Positions 63,126 through 64,000 of a DNA stretch of 64,000 bases are shown here, in pieces. The translations under genes and the position numbers were made by a program. The notes under the pieces are model-generated. The model was not told the origin of the DNA and ran no database searches. It was given only the letters and a program-made list of their open reading frames with translations. Numbering within the stretch: the stretch's first letter is position 1; every line of letters starts with the position of its first letter. Origin of the DNA: Candidatus Latescibacterota bacterium (GTDB lineage Bacteria; Latescibacterota; UBA2968; UBA8231); contig JAJEIO010000032.1 in NCBI GenBank assembly GCA_022827835.1, positions 117,748 through 181,747 on the forward strand, written 5' to 3'.

Positions 63126-64000
63126 ATGCGCGCATCGCGACGGGGCCGATCCAGAGCGGCCCGCAAGGCTAATGCCATGTTGGATTTGTATGCGGTAAAG
63201 ACCCAAATAGACAGCATGGTGGCCGACGAGCGCCGCGTCCAAGAAGACTTTCGCGCCAAGCTCGAATTGGCGTTGGCCGAATACCGGCGCTGGCTGCCCG
63301 AGTGGGAGCGCTTGGCTCGCAAGATCAACGACAGCCGCACCTCTTGGCTGTTGCCCGGCTTGGGTGAGGGCCTCGGCGGCGGAATCGACGCGCCCGACCG
63401 CCCGAGCACCATCAGCATCGCCGCCACGGACGGCTCGCAGATTTTTCCCGACCGCCACGAAATCTCGGCCTGTTTTCTGATCAATATCGGCTACATCCTG
63501 CTGCACTACGGCACGGGCGAGAAGCCGCTGATGAGCAGCAAGCCGCGGCTCTATTACCGCGAGGAGGAAATCTACGAGGAATGGGGTGGGGCGCGGGTCT
63601 TCGTCAATCGCGAGCTCGTCGGCTTCAAGCGCGGCCTCATGGAGTTCACCGAGTTGGCCGATTTGGCGTTGGCAGCCCACGCCGAGGGGCACCGGACGCT
63701 GGCGCTTGCCGATGGCACGCTGATTCTGTGGAACTTGGAGGGCAAGCCGCAGGACTTCCGCGCTGCGCACCTAGAGGCCACCATAGCGGCGATGGATGAA
63801 TTGCGCGAGGCGCGGGTGCCGGTGGCTGGGTACATCAGCCAGCCGGGGAGCCAAGAATTGATCAACGCCCTCAAGCTGGGACTGTGTCCACTGGCCGCGG
63901 CCGACTGCGACCGCTGCCCCTATCAGGAAGAAAACCAGCTCCACTTCAGCCGCGAAGAGGTTGATGCCTTGAACGGGGATTTGTGGCAGGGGCGTGGCTT
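63126..64000 (+). CDS. NurA-like 5'-3' nuclease domain protein (3' end beyond window)
   Basis: Hand translation, open to the window end: MRASRRGRS...ISIAATDGSQIFPDRHEISACFLINIGYILLHYG...TLALADGTLILWNLEG...VAGYISQPGS. The DGSQ and DGTL Asp motifs are typical of NurA. ATG follows directly after the TAA of the upstream gene. Not in the ORF track (no stop). Confidence 0.6.
   Translation, partial: MRASRRGRSRAARKANAMLDLYAVKTQIDSMVADERRVQEDFRAKLELALAEYRRWLPEWERLARKINDSRTSWLLPGLGEGLGGGIDAPDRPSTISIAATDGSQIFPDRHEISACFLINIGYILLHYGTGEKPLMSSKPRLYYREEEIYEEWGGARVFVNRELVGFKRGLMEFTELADLALAAHAEGHRTLALADGTLILWNLEGKPQDFRAAHLEATIAAMDELREARVPVAGYISQPGSQELINALKLGLCPLAAADCDRCPYQEENQLHFSREEVDALNGDLWQGRG

Noticed and set aside
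62697-63770. 357-aa minus-strand ORF covering the end of the window
   Set aside because: It is antisense to the SH3b-like gene and to the stop-free NurA-like frame that carries recognisable catalytic motifs. No motifs or RBS support the minus ORF.
1-64000. Search for tRNA, rRNA, CRISPR arrays, integrases, IS transposases and prophage genes
   Set aside because: None was recognised by eye in any intergenic region or ORF. The only mobile-type content is the Rpn-family gene and the repeat-bounded methyltransferase cassette. A tRNAscan, Infernal or CRISPR finder run would be needed to be certain.

Overview
This is a 64-kb stretch of a high-GC (roughly 60%, by eye) bacterial chromosome. It is densely coding on both strands, with about 58 CDS. 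I found no rRNA, tRNA, CRISPR array, phage structural genes or housekeeping markers, so taxonomy cannot be fixed. The gene content resembles uncultured marine or host-associated heterotrophs (PVC/FCB-like or Poribacteria-like), but that is only an impression.

The backbone is an accessory catabolic repertoire:
- 5 Gfo/Idh/MocA oxidoreductases
- 6 PhyH-type Fe(II)/2OG dioxygenase paralogues, three of them in tandem
- 3 enolase-superfamily enzymes
- 3 amidohydrolase_2 enzymes
- 2 leaderless Cys-type sulfatases
- 2 xylose-isomerase-like TIM barrels
- a PQQ dehydrogenase, an SMP-30 lactonase, and RraA-, YceI-, GYD- and VOC-family proteins
- a GH5 and a sorbosone/glucose-dehydrogenase-like protein, both carrying T9SS-type C-terminal sorting domains

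Several visibly more AT-rich insertions sit inside this backbone. They are the best candidates for something new:
1. An AAA_15/21-type ATPase plus a DUF4276/Toprim-like partner (16605-18809).
2. A same-strand cluster of a GHKL-ATPase/STAS fusion, a micro-TM ORF, a DUF4325-wHTH protein, an SH3b-like exported protein and a NurA-like nuclease, running off the window end (60721-64000).
3. A DNA methyltransferase cassette bounded by about 64-bp imperfect direct repeats that duplicate the 3' end of the neighbouring amidohydrolase gene (56429-57835).
4. A decayed islet holding an Rpn-family nuclease, a small gene and a restriction-modification methylase remnant (23241-25269).

Other oddities:
- a LamG protein with a nested seven-fold repeat
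- an S55 (SpoIVB-like) lipoprotein with Ala-rich heptads and an acidic tail
- a tandemly duplicated secreted protein of unknown function
- a 26-nt palindromic element present twice

All family assignments rest on motif recognition by eye. No searches were run.
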